Part shown: positions 63,650-64,000 of the stretch, one piece after another
Layout: each line of letters opens with the position of its first letter
How positions within the stretch are numbered: the first letter of the stretch is position 1
Virus record (IMG/VR): IMGVR_UViG_3300030618_000004
Origin: a virus
Length of the DNA: 64,000 bases
Reading direction: 5' to 3' (one strand)
Program-made: the position numbers and the translations under genes
Notes under the pieces: model-generated
What the model was told of the DNA's origin: nothing
The model's database searches: none
What the model saw: the letters and a program-made list of their open reading frames with translations, nothing else

Positions 63650-64000
63650 ATGTCCGATATAGTTACTGGCACCGTAACGGGCCAAGTCGATTTAAGTCAA
63701 ATTCTCCGTGGTCAGGCAGATATACGGCGCGAGTTGGGATCAGACACTGCGGATATTCGCAGAGAAGTAGCTTCTGATACCAGCGATGTTCGCCGCGAGC
63801 AAGCCAAAGAGGCGAGCGATACACGTACTGAAGTTGTGGGTAGTGCTGATCGTAATATCACTCAGGGAACAGCCTATTTCATCGCTGGACAGTCTCAAAA
63901 CTTCTCCAATGCTACAGCCTTGGCCGCGTTGACCGCAACCACTAATTCGAATTTCAATCAAACTCTGGCTGCTATTCAATTATCTGCCGCTCAGTCCCAG
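63650..64000 (+). CDS. DIRRE-repeat protein (module gene R, copy 2), 3'-truncated by the window edge
   Basis: Absent from the ORF track because no stop is reached. Hand-translated as MSDIVTGTVTGQVDLSQILRGQADIRRELGSDTADIRREVASDTSDVRREQAKEASDTR...NFNQTLAAIQLSAAQSQ, open for 117 codons to the window end. Confidence 0.65.
   Translation, partial: MSDIVTGTVTGQVDLSQILRGQADIRRELGSDTADIRREVASDTSDVRREQAKEASDTRTEVVGSADRNITQGTAYFIAGQSQNFSNATALAALTATTNSNFNQTLAAIQLSAAQSQ

Overview
The window is AT-rich (about 40% G+C by eye) and almost entirely coding, and every gene I can recognise is phage-type. I found no rRNA, tRNA, CRISPR array, transposase or integrase. It reads as at least two mosaically related phage units.

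Unit A (1 to about 44.4 kb):
- A leftward early operon (1-14256) encodes a short C5 methyltransferase, SSB, an ERF annealase with a PD-(D/E)XK exonuclease, and an IbrA/IbrB-like PAPS-reductase/ParB pair.
- The same operon continues with a second ParB protein, a clamp-like protein, a 47-unit Cys-X-X repeat protein, DnaB, an O-like initiator with iterons inside its gene, NinG and an AP2 protein.
- A divergent promoter region lies at 14257-14492.
- The rightward block opens with a 27-nt tandem-repeat protein. It is followed by an ORF-free, GC-enriched, hairpin-dense region of about 0.7 kb (15135-15855), which I treat as a candidate large structured RNA.
- Next come the structural genes: terminase, portal, MuF, a Nudix-scaffold fusion, capsid, and a contractile tail with a -1 frameshift chaperone.
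- The block ends with an SLT tape measure, baseplate, fibres and a beta-helix spike, and a lysis cassette that ends in a class-3 lipase.

Unit B (about 44.4-63.5 kb):
- This is a second replication and recombination region with its own divergent promoters at 54958-55123.
- Its replication and modification genes are an O-like initiator with phased ACGCGT iterons, a G39P-like loader, RusA and an SNF2-methyltransferase fusion.
- Its recombination genes are a Cas4-like nuclease, RecT, a Rad50-like ATPase and a DnaQ exonuclease.
- It also carries a 44-unit tetrapeptide-repeat protein followed by a 325-nt ORF-free region with three mutually exclusive helix elements.

Unit B is bounded by inverted copies of a divergent two-gene module (43711-44661 and 63314-64000). 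Positions 1-263 are a near-identical direct copy of 47297-47560.

Family names come from my reading of motifs and gene order. No database search was run.
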